Assembly: GCA_965204375.1 (NCBI GenBank)
Contig: OZ241986.1
Coordinates: forward strand, 6,048,001 to 6,112,000
Direction: 5' to 3'
From: Candidatus Latescibacterota bacterium
GTDB lineage: Bacteria > Latescibacterota > UBA2968
DNA length: 64,000 nt
This document shows, one piece after another, positions 1-8,433 of the stretch; position 1 is the first letter of the stretch, and each line of letters begins with the position of its first letter. A model generated the notes under the pieces. It had not been told where the DNA came from. It worked only from the letters and a program-made list of their open reading frames with translations, and did no database searches. Made by a program: the position numbers and the translations under genes.

Positions 1-2
1 TC

Positions 3-2204
3 TGTTTGGAACGTCGTGCGCTCGCTGAGATAACTGCCGCCCAGGGCGAAACCGATTTGAGAAGCTGGAGAAAGTGGCATATTATAGCGAGACCAGAATC
101 CGATGGTGTTTTTTGGGTTATTTGGGTTCTTTTTTCCGACATTGTCCGGGTTGGTGTCTTTGGTAATTTCGGCTTTGAGGCTGCGCGCAAAACTGCCGTG
201 TACACTCCAGCGGTCGGTGATAATACCGGCCATGTCGAGTTCGAAACCCTGGCTTTGAATTTCGCCAACCTGAACTCTGCGATCTGGCATGTCTTCGGGC
301 GGGTTTGGATCTCTGAGAATGACATTTTCCTTGGTGATGTGATAAAGCGCGAGGGTGGTATTAAAACGGTTGTCTAAGAATGACGATTTCGCGCCGCCTT
401 CTATTGTCCAGCTGTTTTCAGGATCAAAGGGGCCGCCATATCGGTCGGGGTCAAATGTGTAGCTGGAACGGACGGGTTCAAATCCCTGGCTATAACTCAG
501 ATAGGTCGAGATTGACGGGATGAGCTTGAACACAGCACCGCCGCGCAAAGACCACTGAGAATCGCTGGCCCGGTTGTTCGATCCTTCTTCGGCTTTGTCT
601 TCGAATGAGTCGTAGCGGGCACCTATCAGCACGTTGAGCTTATTACCGAGGGCGATCTGGTCTTGAAGATAAAAACCGAAGGCCGAGATGCGGTTGTTGA
701 GGCGCGTGGTCAATTGGGAAATCCCTCGCGGAATATCTGCCCCGTAATAGGAATATTTGAGTGGGTTGTTTGCTTGCGCGAAAATGGGATTAAAGATATT
801 GATATTGGGCACCGGCCCGCCCCGGCTGGCGTCTCGAGCGGTTGCAAAGCGGTAAAGACCTTCTGTGAGGGTGTATTCCACGCCCGAAAGTACCGTGTGG
901 CTGATTGATGCGGCGTTGATATCGTAGATCAGGTTTGCGTTGACGGCTCGCTGCTGTTTTTCGCGATACTGATCTCGGAATTCGCGCAGCATGGTTTCGC
1001 CGTCGGCGAGCAGGCCGCGGGGTTCGTGATATTCTTGCCGCCGTTGGTTGGTCAGGTAACTGGCCGAAATGTCAAATTTAAGATGGTCTGAAAAGCGGTG
1101 GTCTGCGCGGAGGCGATAGACATAGGCTTCGATGCTGATAAAATCGTCGGGTTCGTTGACCGTATAATCGAGGGGAAGATCGACGAGTTCGTGGTTGAAA
1201 AAGGGGACGCCTCTATTGCGATGGCCTTTATTGAGTTCGTCAAACCATTCGCCGTTTATTGAAATAGATGTACGGTCTGTAGGCAGCCATATGAAACCGC
1301 CGTTGAAGGACGAGTAAATGAATTGTTCGTGTTGGCGGTATCCATCATCATTGGCATGGTTGACGTTGATTTTGTAGAGCAGTTTACCAAAACCAGGGGT
1401 TACGGGTACGGGTCCTGTTGAAGAGAAGTTTGCCTGAGATTTTGAATAGGATCCGAGCGTAAGCTTGAGTTCGTTTTTTTGTCGCGCACTTGGTTGTTTG
1501 GTAATGACGTTAATAAATCCACCGGGTCGCGATTGCCCATAGAGCGCGCCAGCAGGACCTTTGACCACTTCGACGCGTTCTACGTCGTCTAAGCGCATTC
1601 GGTTGAAGAAGCCGTGTACCTGATTGAGACCGTTTTGCTTGACCGCGCCGTCTCCTGTGGTGCGAAAGCCGCGCATGTTAAAGTCGAGGTATTCGCTGAA
1701 GGGATTGACGCCGCTGACGTTTTGCAGCACGTCAGTGAGATAGGTCAGCCCCTGGTCTTCGACGAGGTCGCCATTGATGATTTGGACGGACTGGGGCAAG
1801 TCGCGCAAAGCGGTGTTGGTGCGCGTTGCAGTGGTGCGGTCTGAGGCATACCCTTCTTCGACAACTGTGATTTCATTGAGGATGTATGGCGTGTCTTCAA
1901 TGAGGGTGATTGCGATTTTGGGGACTTGCTTTGGGGTGACAGATATGGTTTGTTCAATGGTTTTATAACCGAGATAACTCGCGATCAGGACATGGTCTCC
2001 GTGCGGCACATTGGGAATCACAAAGTACCCCTGGTTATCTGCCACAGCACCCAGGCGCGTGTTTTTGAGCACAATGCTCGCACCGGGAAGTGGATTATTT
2101 TTTTGATCTAAAACTTGTCCGCGAATAGTATTTGTTTGTGCGAGGACCGGTGTTGAATAGATCGCGAAAACAACGAGCAATAGTAACCGATAAAAATTTG
2201 ACAT
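3..2204 (-). CDS. TonB-dependent (siderophore-type) outer-membrane receptor with N-terminal carboxypeptidase-regulatory-like domain; 3' end runs off the window
   Basis: Missing from the ORF track because there is no stop in the window. Manual translation from ATG 2204 (RBS GGAGA) gives MSNFYRLLLLVVFAIYSTPVLAQTNTIRGQVLDQKNNPLPGASIVLKNTRLGAVADNQGYFVI..., plug motifs 'TRTNTALRDLPQSVQIIN' and 'VERVEVVKGPAGALYGQSRPGGFINVITKQP'. Confidence 0.9.
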   Translation of the reverse strand, partial: MSNFYRLLLLVVFAIYSTPVLAQTNTIRGQVLDQKNNPLPGASIVLKNTRLGAVADNQGYFVIPNVPHGDHVLIASYLGYKTIEQTISVTPKQVPKIAITLIEDTPYILNEITVVEEGYASDRTTATRTNTALRDLPQSVQIINGDLVEDQGLTYLTDVLQNVSGVNPFSEYLDFNMRGFRTTGDGAVKQNGLNQVHGFFNRMRLDDVERVEVVKGPAGALYGQSRPGGFINVITKQPSARQKNELKLTLGSYSKSQANFSSTGPVPVTPGFGKLLYKINVNHANDDGYRQHEQFIYSSFNGGFIWLPTDRTSISINGEWFDELNKGHRNRGVPFFNHELVDLPLDYTVNEPDDFISIEAYVYRLRADHRFSDHLKFDISASYLTNQRRQEYHEPRGLLADGETMLREFRDQYREKQQRAVNANLIYDINAASISHTVLSGVEYTLTEGLYRFATARDASRGGPVPNINIFNPIFAQANNPLKYSYYGADIPRGISQLTTRLNNRISAFGFYLQDQIALGNKLNVLIGARYDSFEDKAEEGSNNRASDSQWSLRGGAVFKLIPSISTYLSYSQGFEPVRSSYTFDPDRYGGPFDPENSWTIEGGAKSSFLDNRFNTTLALYHITKENVILRDPNPPEDMPDRRVQVGEIQSQGFELDMAGIITDRWSVHGSFARSLKAEITKDTNPDNVGKKNPNNPKNTIGFWSRYNMPLSPASQIGFALGGSYLSERTTFQT

Positions 2205-2402
2205 GTTGATTCTCCGCATTGATGAGACATTGGGGTTGAGAATTTTAAAAATCTGTACAACGCCATTTTCTTTTTGCGTCAATGGGGCATAAATTTTATG
2301 TTATTAGAACATGCTGCACCTCCTTTGAGGTGTGGCTCTCTGCCATCGGTTTTTTGCTTTGACGGGCGATAACCGGTGGCATTTTATTTTTTTTACAGAA
2401 CG

Positions 2403-3785
2403 CTACAATGATTGCAAAAAAGCGAGCAGTGCGTCGCGGTCTGTTTTGGATAAGTTTCGCACGGCTTCGCGCGATTGTTCGGCTTCGCCGCCGTGGAACA
2501 TAATGGCTTCGAGCAAGGTTCTGGCTCTGCCATCGTGTAAGTAGGCCGGAACACCGCTGACGGTTTCTGTGAGTCCAATGCCCCACAGTGGAGGTGTTTT
2601 CCACTCGCGGCCATCGGCTTCGTAGTCCGGGCGATTATCGGCGAGGGCTTCGCCCATGTCGTGGAGTAGCAAATCGGTGTAGGGGTGAATGGTTTGTTCC
2701 GATAGGGATGAGATGCTGTGGTTGCCTGTTTTAAATGTGGTGGTATGGCAATTTGCACAACCGGTTGATTCAAAGAGTGCTTCGCCTTGCAATGCCTGTG
2801 GATCATCCCAATCGCGCCGCGCGGGTACGGCGAGTGTTTGTAAGTAAAATGTGGTGATGTCCAGTATTTCCTGTGAGATTTCCGGGTCGTCGTTGCGGCC
2901 GTCGTGCTGGGGTTGTCCCAGGACGGATTCTTGAGGGAAATAGGGGTTGGTAACGCCCATGTCTTCGTTGTACGCGCCGGCGGTCTGCTGCAAGAGATCG
3001 GGGTTGTTGGCTTTCAGTCCAAAGCGTCCCAGTTCCATTTGACCCGTTCGGAAATTGTACACGTAATTGGGGCGGCCCGATATGCCGTCTCGGTTGGCAT
3101 CTCCGGGATCTGATAGGGCGAGAATATCGGACTCGGGGATGGCTTCCAGGAGGCCGCGTCCAAATACGGGCGGGGCCATGCGTGCGGACAGGAGTACGCC
3201 AGCGGGTAGTGGTTGATATGCGTCAACAATGGTGTAGATGGGGTGTTTTAGATAAACTTGTTCGCCATCGGATAGGGTTTCCGTTGTTTCATAAAAGCTG
3301 ACCTGGACACGCGCTTCGAGTGCGACACCATAGTTTGAGCGGTCGCCGAGTTGGACGCCAAAGCCGGGGACGGGTACAGGGCCGCCGTGCGGGGTGAATC
3401 CGGGCAGGCTGACGCGCATGAGCATGGAGCCGACAAAGGGCGGTTCAGCGCCAAATGCACCGCGGCCTCGCCCGTCGCGCAGATGACATCCCACGCAAGA
3501 GGTGTGGCTAAATACGGGACCCAGGCCGGGGTTGACGTCTGCGGGCGCTGTGACAAAGACCTGTTCGAAGGCGGTGTCACCCGCAAAAAATTTGTCGAGT
3601 TCGTCGGGCGAGAGTGTTGGTATGGGCATTTCAAAAGCCTGACTGGATGCGTCAAAGACGGTTGCCTGTCCGCCAGATAGGGCGCTGTCAGGCGAAGGTA
3701 CGATATCGGGACCAACGGGCTTGTCGCTGCCACAAGCCCAAAAGAACAACATTGCGGCTATGGTGCATAAAAGATGTATTTTCAC
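2403..3785 (-). CDS. Di-haem oxidoreductase family (DHOR / thiol oxidoreductase-like) lipoprotein
   Basis: Lipobox FWAC; two CxxCH motifs (CVGCH, CANCH); 'YTDLLLHDMG', 'WKTPPLWGIG', 'YLHDGRARTL.EAI..HGGE' signatures. Confidence 0.9.
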   Translation of the reverse strand: MKIHLLCTIAAMLFFWACGSDKPVGPDIVPSPDSALSGGQATVFDASSQAFEMPIPTLSPDELDKFFAGDTAFEQVFVTAPADVNPGLGPVFSHTSCVGCHLRDGRGRGAFGAEPPFVGSMLMRVSLPGFTPHGGPVPVPGFGVQLGDRSNYGVALEARVQVSFYETTETLSDGEQVYLKHPIYTIVDAYQPLPAGVLLSARMAPPVFGRGLLEAIPESDILALSDPGDANRDGISGRPNYVYNFRTGQMELGRFGLKANNPDLLQQTAGAYNEDMGVTNPYFPQESVLGQPQHDGRNDDPEISQEILDITTFYLQTLAVPARRDWDDPQALQGEALFESTGCANCHTTTFKTGNHSISSLSEQTIHPYTDLLLHDMGEALADNRPDYEADGREWKTPPLWGIGLTETVSGVPAYLHDGRARTLLEAIMFHGGEAEQSREAVRNLSKTDRDALLAFLQSL

Positions 3786-3881
3786 GAGTGCAAACTCTTG
3801 ATCTGATTCAAAGGGTGTAGAAGGTGATGAAAATTGGCCGATAGGGCATCTGTAGTGCCTGCCCTATCGGTTTTTCTTTTT

Positions 3882-4958
3882 TTACTGTTCTGCGAGTACC
3901 AGAGACATAATATCGCCTTCGAGTGTTTGTTGCACGGTTGCAATGGCCTGTTGAGCCGCTGTTATTTGCGCGGCATCGGTGGCGAGAGCGTCGCGGAATG
4001 GGAAGGAGATTTTGCCAATTTCTGTAATGGCCGCCTGAATTTCAGCCTGAAAACGCTGGTCGAGGGCGGAGTTTTTGTCTTTGACAAATTCATCGAGTCC
4101 CACGGCTTCAACATTGTACCCACCCAGGTAAACATTTTGAATGCTGCGCATGTTGTCTTGAAAATCGAGGAGGGAGTTAAAGCTGAATTGCGATTCCACA
4201 AGGCGCGTATCTTTCTCGTTAAAGGGATCGGCAATTTTGCCGTTTCCAACTTCGTCGGCAATGCCAATCATGCCGTTGACCATTTCCTGGACAGCAGCTT
4301 TTTGCGTGGTGTAGGTGCTGCTTCCCGCGCCGGCATTGACCACCTGTGCGCGGAAGTTTTCACCGGATGCGATCCAACTGGTGTGTAGCGATACTGCCGC
4401 ATCTTTGAGCAATTCTGTTGCCGCGATCAAATAATCGTATTGGCGCGGGGTGAAGTCGTCGATGGTTTTGCTGCCGCCTTCGTCAAAGAGCAAAAATTCA
4501 ATGGTGTGAAAGCCCTTGAGTTCGTTGGCGAGGTTGTTTACGGATGTTTTGTTCAGGGGATCGCTGCTGCCCAGGACGCCTTCGAGATCCGTGCGGTTGA
4601 CCGGCCAGGAATCCAGCGCGGGGTCATAGCCGCTATAGTCAACGGGACCGAACAAAAAACCCTCGCTTTTTTCCCAGGGAGTACGCGAGGCCACCCATTT
4701 TGCGCGGGCTGTTCCCAGCGTAGCTGCCGAGGGATTGGTTTTGAGATTTTGCACCGCTGTGAGGAGTTCTGTGGCGACGTTGGCGAGGTCTTTGTAGGTC
4801 GGGATGACTGTTTTGTCGGCAAAGTCGGTCAAGATGGGTGAAAAATCGTATCCGGGATCGGGTTCTGGTTCTGGCGCGACCGGATTTTCGCCCTCGCTGC
4901 TACATGCCGCGAGGGAAAAGACGAGGATGATACCGAGTAAGGGTTTAATGCGTTTCAT
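3882..4958 (-). CDS. Imelysin-family (IrpA/IcmP-like, peptidase M75) iron-regulated lipoprotein
   Basis: Lipobox LAAC; 'W...R..WE..E.FLFGP', 'LDSWP', GxHxxE motif 'KGFHTIEFLLF', 'ES.FS.NS..DF..N'. Confidence 0.9.
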   Translation of the reverse strand: MKRIKPLLGIILVFSLAACSSEGENPVAPEPEPDPGYDFSPILTDFADKTVIPTYKDLANVATELLTAVQNLKTNPSAATLGTARAKWVASRTPWEKSEGFLFGPVDYSGYDPALDSWPVNRTDLEGVLGSSDPLNKTSVNNLANELKGFHTIEFLLFDEGGSKTIDDFTPRQYDYLIAATELLKDAAVSLHTSWIASGENFRAQVVNAGAGSSTYTTQKAAVQEMVNGMIGIADEVGNGKIADPFNEKDTRLVESQFSFNSLLDFQDNMRSIQNVYLGGYNVEAVGLDEFVKDKNSALDQRFQAEIQAAITEIGKISFPFRDALATDAAQITAAQQAIATVQQTLEGDIMSLVLAEQ

Positions 4959-4979
4959 GGTGATTCTCCTTTAGAAAAG

Positions 4980-6221
4980 TTAGAATTGAAAACCGAGTGC
5001 AAAACTGGCGGTGTTTTCGCCGTTAAAGTTGCCCGTGCCCAACCGACGCATGGCATAGTCGCCTTTCAGGACGACGGCATTGCCCATGGTGTAGTTGATG
5101 CCGAGCGTGTAAACGCGGCGTTGAAAGCGCGGGTTGTCAAAAAAGTTCTGTGGCATTTTTGCCATTGTGTCGTAGCTGTCAAATCGAAAGAATAAGTGGC
5201 ATTGATCCTCCTTGCGCGAAGTGAAAAAGGGCATGATGTCGTAACCGGCTTCGGCGTAAAATGCATACGCTGCACGGGCAACGGGCGTTCTCAAGACGTC
5301 GAGGTTGTTGGACAATGTGCGGTTGCGTTCGCTGACAATGTCCGCATTTTGCAGGTCCCCGTAGAGGTACATGCCCTGTGCGCGGAGGCGATTGTATCGC
5401 AGCACAGCGTGAACGTCAAAAATGGATACGTAGGCGTCCACATCTTTCATGTCGGGTTTGGGGCGGTTGTCGGCGCTGTTGCCGCGATAGCCCGATACGC
5501 CCAGGGTGAGACCATCGACGAGGCGGTAGTCCAACCGACCCACAAGGGCCATGTTGGTTGCGCGGACTTCTTCAAAGCGCGTTTGATGCCCGCCCACAAT
5601 CCAGTTTTGCGAATTGAATCCCGTGGCGTCTAAGCCGTTGACGAGTTGGAGTTGATAGGTCAGGCGATTGGTATGCCCACTGATTTCAATACCGGTCTCG
5701 TGCCATATTGCCGGAATAACCGCGGTTTCCGATTCGGGGCGTCGGGTGCCGAAGAAGTCTGTGGGATGGTATTGCTCTGTGGTGAGACCCACCGCGACGT
5801 AGAAGTGGCCCAGGCGGATGTTGAAGGCGTCGCTAAATTCGCGTTTGATGTAGAGTTCTTCGAGGATGACTTCCCCGCCTTTTTCCACTTCGGTTTCGTA
5901 TTCGCCAAATTCCTCGTATTCGATTTCGAGGGCTCCACCCGTGCCGCCGTGTTCGATTTCCACTTCGGTTTCCAGTTCTACACCGCGCAGCAGACGCAGT
6001 TCCATTTCGAGTGCCAAACGCGCAATGTCTATGGTGGCGCGGCTATCTGGCGGCGAACCCGCTGGACCGCTTTTCTGGTCGGGACCGTAATCGAAGTGGG
6101 AGTAGATGAGTTCACCGTATCCCGTGATTTTAATTTTGGGTGCTGATTTGTGGTCTTCTGCCATGATGCTTATGGGCAGCGCGAGCGTTAGACAGATACG
6201 AAATAAAAAAAGTCGTTTCAT
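4980..6221 (-). CDS. Outer-membrane beta-barrel/porin, first gene of the imelysin operon
   Basis: Signal peptide; 'ETEVEIEHGG...E.E..E..EYETEVEKGGEV.LE' acidic motif; 'IPAIWHETG'; C-terminal F; strong RBS GGGGAGG. Confidence 0.75.
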   Translation of the reverse strand: MKRLFLFRICLTLALPISIMAEDHKSAPKIKITGYGELIYSHFDYGPDQKSGPAGSPPDSRATIDIARLALEMELRLLRGVELETEVEIEHGGTGGALEIEYEEFGEYETEVEKGGEVILEELYIKREFSDAFNIRLGHFYVAVGLTTEQYHPTDFFGTRRPESETAVIPAIWHETGIEISGHTNRLTYQLQLVNGLDATGFNSQNWIVGGHQTRFEEVRATNMALVGRLDYRLVDGLTLGVSGYRGNSADNRPKPDMKDVDAYVSIFDVHAVLRYNRLRAQGMYLYGDLQNADIVSERNRTLSNNLDVLRTPVARAAYAFYAEAGYDIMPFFTSRKEDQCHLFFRFDSYDTMAKMPQNFFDNPRFQRRVYTLGINYTMGNAVVLKGDYAMRRLGTGNFNGENTASFALGFQF

Positions 6222-6241
6222 AAACCTCCCCTGTGTGACTA

Positions 6242-6270
6242 TTGACGCTGAAAAGGCGTGCTGTTATATT
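6242..6270 (+). promoter_or_regulatory. Sigma70-type promoter pointing away from the iron operon (drives the candidate sRNA)
   Basis: TTGACG (6242-6247), 17-nt spacer, TATATT (6265-6270), with an extended -10 TG at 6262-6263. Confidence 0.6.
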
Positions 6271-6276
6271 GTGTCT

Positions 6277-6359
6277 TGCAAGCGCAGAGGGTTTGATCCC
6301 TTTGTCGCGTGTGGGTGATCGGTGATGGCCGGGCAAGTCAGAACCGATCGCCCTTTTTT
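6277..6359 (+). ncRNA. Candidate small RNA of about 83 nt with two hairpins, ending in an intrinsic terminator
   Basis: Hairpin GCGCAGAGGG/CCCTTTGTCGC, then GGGTGATCGGT...ACCGATCGCCC followed by T6; directly after a consensus promoter; no meaningful ORF. Confidence 0.5.
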
Positions 6360-6469
6360 ATGTACGATGTATGCGGCGCTTTCTGGTGCGCCACCAGATG
6401 ATCAGGCCAGCCGACAGATGGCCTTTTTTGTTTGGCAGTCTATAAAATTGTTTTACTAATAAAACACTC

Positions 6470-6505
6470 GCCCAACAAATAAAACAAGTGTTGGGCTTAT
6501 GTCAA
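6470..6505 (-). promoter_or_regulatory. Putative promoter/operator of the iron operon
   Basis: Minus-strand TTGACA (6500-6505) with a weak -10, overlapped by the inverted repeat GCCCAACA...TGTTGGGC; a second palindrome TGTTTTA-CTAA-TAAAACA lies at about 6449-6466. Confidence 0.4.
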
Positions 6506-6614
6506 TATTTTTTTAATGATTTAGAGGATAAAGCAAAACTTTTTTACTTTGCACTTTGCACTTTGTACATAACCGTCTATTTTACAGCGATGTTTTGCAA
6601 TGAGGAGGTATGAA

Positions 6615-7592
6615 ATGCCTGATAGATTAAAAGTCGCTGTTATTGGTGCGAGTGGTATTGGGCAGCACCACGCGCGATGGCACCATTTGTCGGGGTCTCA
6701 GGTGGTGGCATTTGTGGGTACTTCGGAAGAGTCGTGCGCAAAGACCCGGGCGCAATTGCAGGCGTATTTTGGATTTGATGGGCGCGCATATACAGATGTG
6801 GCGCAGATGCTGGCGGCAGAACAGCCCGATGTGGTCGATGTTTCAAGTCCTTTTAATCTGCACAGAGAGCATGCAATTATGGCTCTGGAAAGTGGGTGCC
6901 ATGTTGTGTGTGAAAAGCCCCTGTGCTGGGATGTGGATAGGAGTCTAGATGAGATTTTGGTAGACGGACAGGCTGTGGTGCAGGCGGCGGAACAGGCGGG
7001 CAGATCGCTGGTGATGTCCGCACAATATCCCGCGGGGATTTCAATTTATCGCGATTTTTACACGCGTGTGCGCGGGACATGGGATGCGATTGAATCGCTT
7101 GAGATGGAGATGGAGGTGAAGGGTCGCGGGGGACCAAAGGCGCGGGAAGATATCTGGATTGATGTGGTTTCCCATCCGTTGAGTTTGGTTTTGGGGTTTT
7201 TGCCAGGGGGAGAAATTGATTGGGCAACGGTCTCGTGTGCAATAGGCGAGCGGGAAAATCGCGCGCGGTTTGAGGTGATTACACCCAATGGACGGTGCGA
7301 TGTGCGGTTTGTTTTGCGCGATATCGATGAAGGGGTTCCCGTGCGGCAATTTGGCGTGAATGGCTTTTTGGTGAACTGGGAGGGGTTTGCCGATGATGAG
7401 GGTATTTATCGCGCGCGGCTGGTCCATGGAGACGAGGCTGTGATTTGCCGCGATTTTATGCATATTTTAATCGATGAATTTGGCAAGCATGTGCGTGGAG
7501 AAGGTGGGCGTGTTGTTGTTTCCGGTGCGGATGCTTTGAAGAATTTGCAGTATCAAGTTGGCCTGTTAAAGCAGGCGGATTGGTCTGTATGA
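6615..7592 (+). CDS. Gfo/Idh/MocA family NAD(P)-dependent oxidoreductase
   Basis: Rossmann 'VAVIGASGIG', 'HVVCEKP' motif; RBS GAGGAGG before ATG 6615. Confidence 0.85.
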   Translation: MPDRLKVAVIGASGIGQHHARWHHLSGSQVVAFVGTSEESCAKTRAQLQAYFGFDGRAYTDVAQMLAAEQPDVVDVSSPFNLHREHAIMALESGCHVVCEKPLCWDVDRSLDEILVDGQAVVQAAEQAGRSLVMSAQYPAGISIYRDFYTRVRGTWDAIESLEMEMEVKGRGGPKAREDIWIDVVSHPLSLVLGFLPGGEIDWATVSCAIGERENRARFEVITPNGRCDVRFVLRDIDEGVPVRQFGVNGFLVNWEGFADDEGIYRARLVHGDEAVICRDFMHILIDEFGKHVRGEGGRVVVSGADALKNLQYQVGLLKQADWSV

Positions 7593-8338
7593 GTGCGCGA
7601 GCAGACATTGGGGTGGTGATTACTACGCACAATTACGGGCATTATCTCGCCGCGTGTTTGGAATCGGTTTTGTCACAGACGCTTTTGCCCCGTCAGGTGC
7701 TGGTGGTTGACGATGCGAGTGAAGACAATGCGGCAGATGTTGTGGCATCTTTTTCCGATGTGCAGTACTGTCGCGTGGATTTTCGCAATGGCAATCGCGC
7801 CCGGAATTTTGGGTTTTTGAAGGTTTCGACTCCTTATGTCGCGTTTTTTGATGCCGATAATGTGATGATGCCGCGCTTTCTATATGTGCTTTATAGCGCG
7901 TTGCAAGAGGTTCCCCGCGCGGCATTTGCTTATGGCGATCGCATTGTGTTTGCCGATGACGATGTGCAGCAGGGCGAGCGGGAGGTGTCTGGTCCGTTTG
8001 ATGTGCGGCGATTGCGCGTCGGAAATTATATCGATCTCGCTGCGTTGATTCGAGCTGATAGATTTCCCGGATTCGATCCCGCTGTGCGCCGATATCAGGA
8101 TTGGGATTTGTGGCTGAATATCGCGCTCATACAGGGGGGGATTGGGCAGTATGTGCCCGAGGCATTATATTATTATCGGGTGCATCCACATAGTGTAAGC
8201 CAGCGCGAAGATCGGGATCGGGCTATGTGGGGTATTCGAAGAAAATATCATCTCGGATGGGGTGCGCTGCCCCTGCTGCGCCATTCTTTCAGGCTCTATC
8301 AGTTCGCGCGGAAGACGAAGTCGTTGTGGGCGGGATGA
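7589..8338 (+). CDS. Glycosyltransferase family 2
   Basis: 'VVITTHNYG.YL', 'VVDDAS.D', DxD 'FFDADN', 'QDWDLWL'. Confidence 0.88.
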   Translation: MSARADIGVVITTHNYGHYLAACLESVLSQTLLPRQVLVVDDASEDNAADVVASFSDVQYCRVDFRNGNRARNFGFLKVSTPYVAFFDADNVMMPRFLYVLYSALQEVPRAAFAYGDRIVFADDDVQQGEREVSGPFDVRRLRVGNYIDLAALIRADRFPGFDPAVRRYQDWDLWLNIALIQGGIGQYVPEALYYYRVHPHSVSQREDRDRAMWGIRRKYHLGWGALPLLRHSFRLYQFARKTKSLWAG

Positions 8339-8349
8339 GTGGTGCTATC

Positions 8350-8378
8350 TTGACATGATGCGGTGTAGGCGTTACTTT
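8350..8378 (+). promoter_or_regulatory. Sigma70-type promoter of sucA
   Basis: TTGACA, 17 nt, TACTTT. Confidence 0.55.
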
Positions 8379-8433
8379 TTCCGGGTGTGTACGATACACC
8401 TCTTGTAAAGGCTACAGAAAGGTGGGGATTGTT

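Noticed and set aside
6-2111. Short ORFs on both strands in the ORF track
   Set aside because: They are shadows of the long minus-strand TonB receptor frame (2204 to the window start), which the track missed for lack of a stop codon.
2220-2290. Possible Fur box upstream of the TonB receptor (TTGAGAATTTT)
   Set aside because: Only a half-site-like match, too weak to call.
3838-3880. Hairpin between the imelysin and DHOR genes as the operon terminator
   Set aside because: The T-run lies on the + strand side, so it is not a terminator for the minus-strand operon; more likely an mRNA-stabilising stem.
6320-6430. Resemblance to a NiCo/czcD riboswitch (TGATCAGGC, GCCGGGC) or a fluoride riboswitch (GGTGATGG)
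   Set aside because: The motifs are in the wrong order and on the strand opposite the operon; I could not build the four-way junction or pseudoknot by eye. A covariance search is needed.
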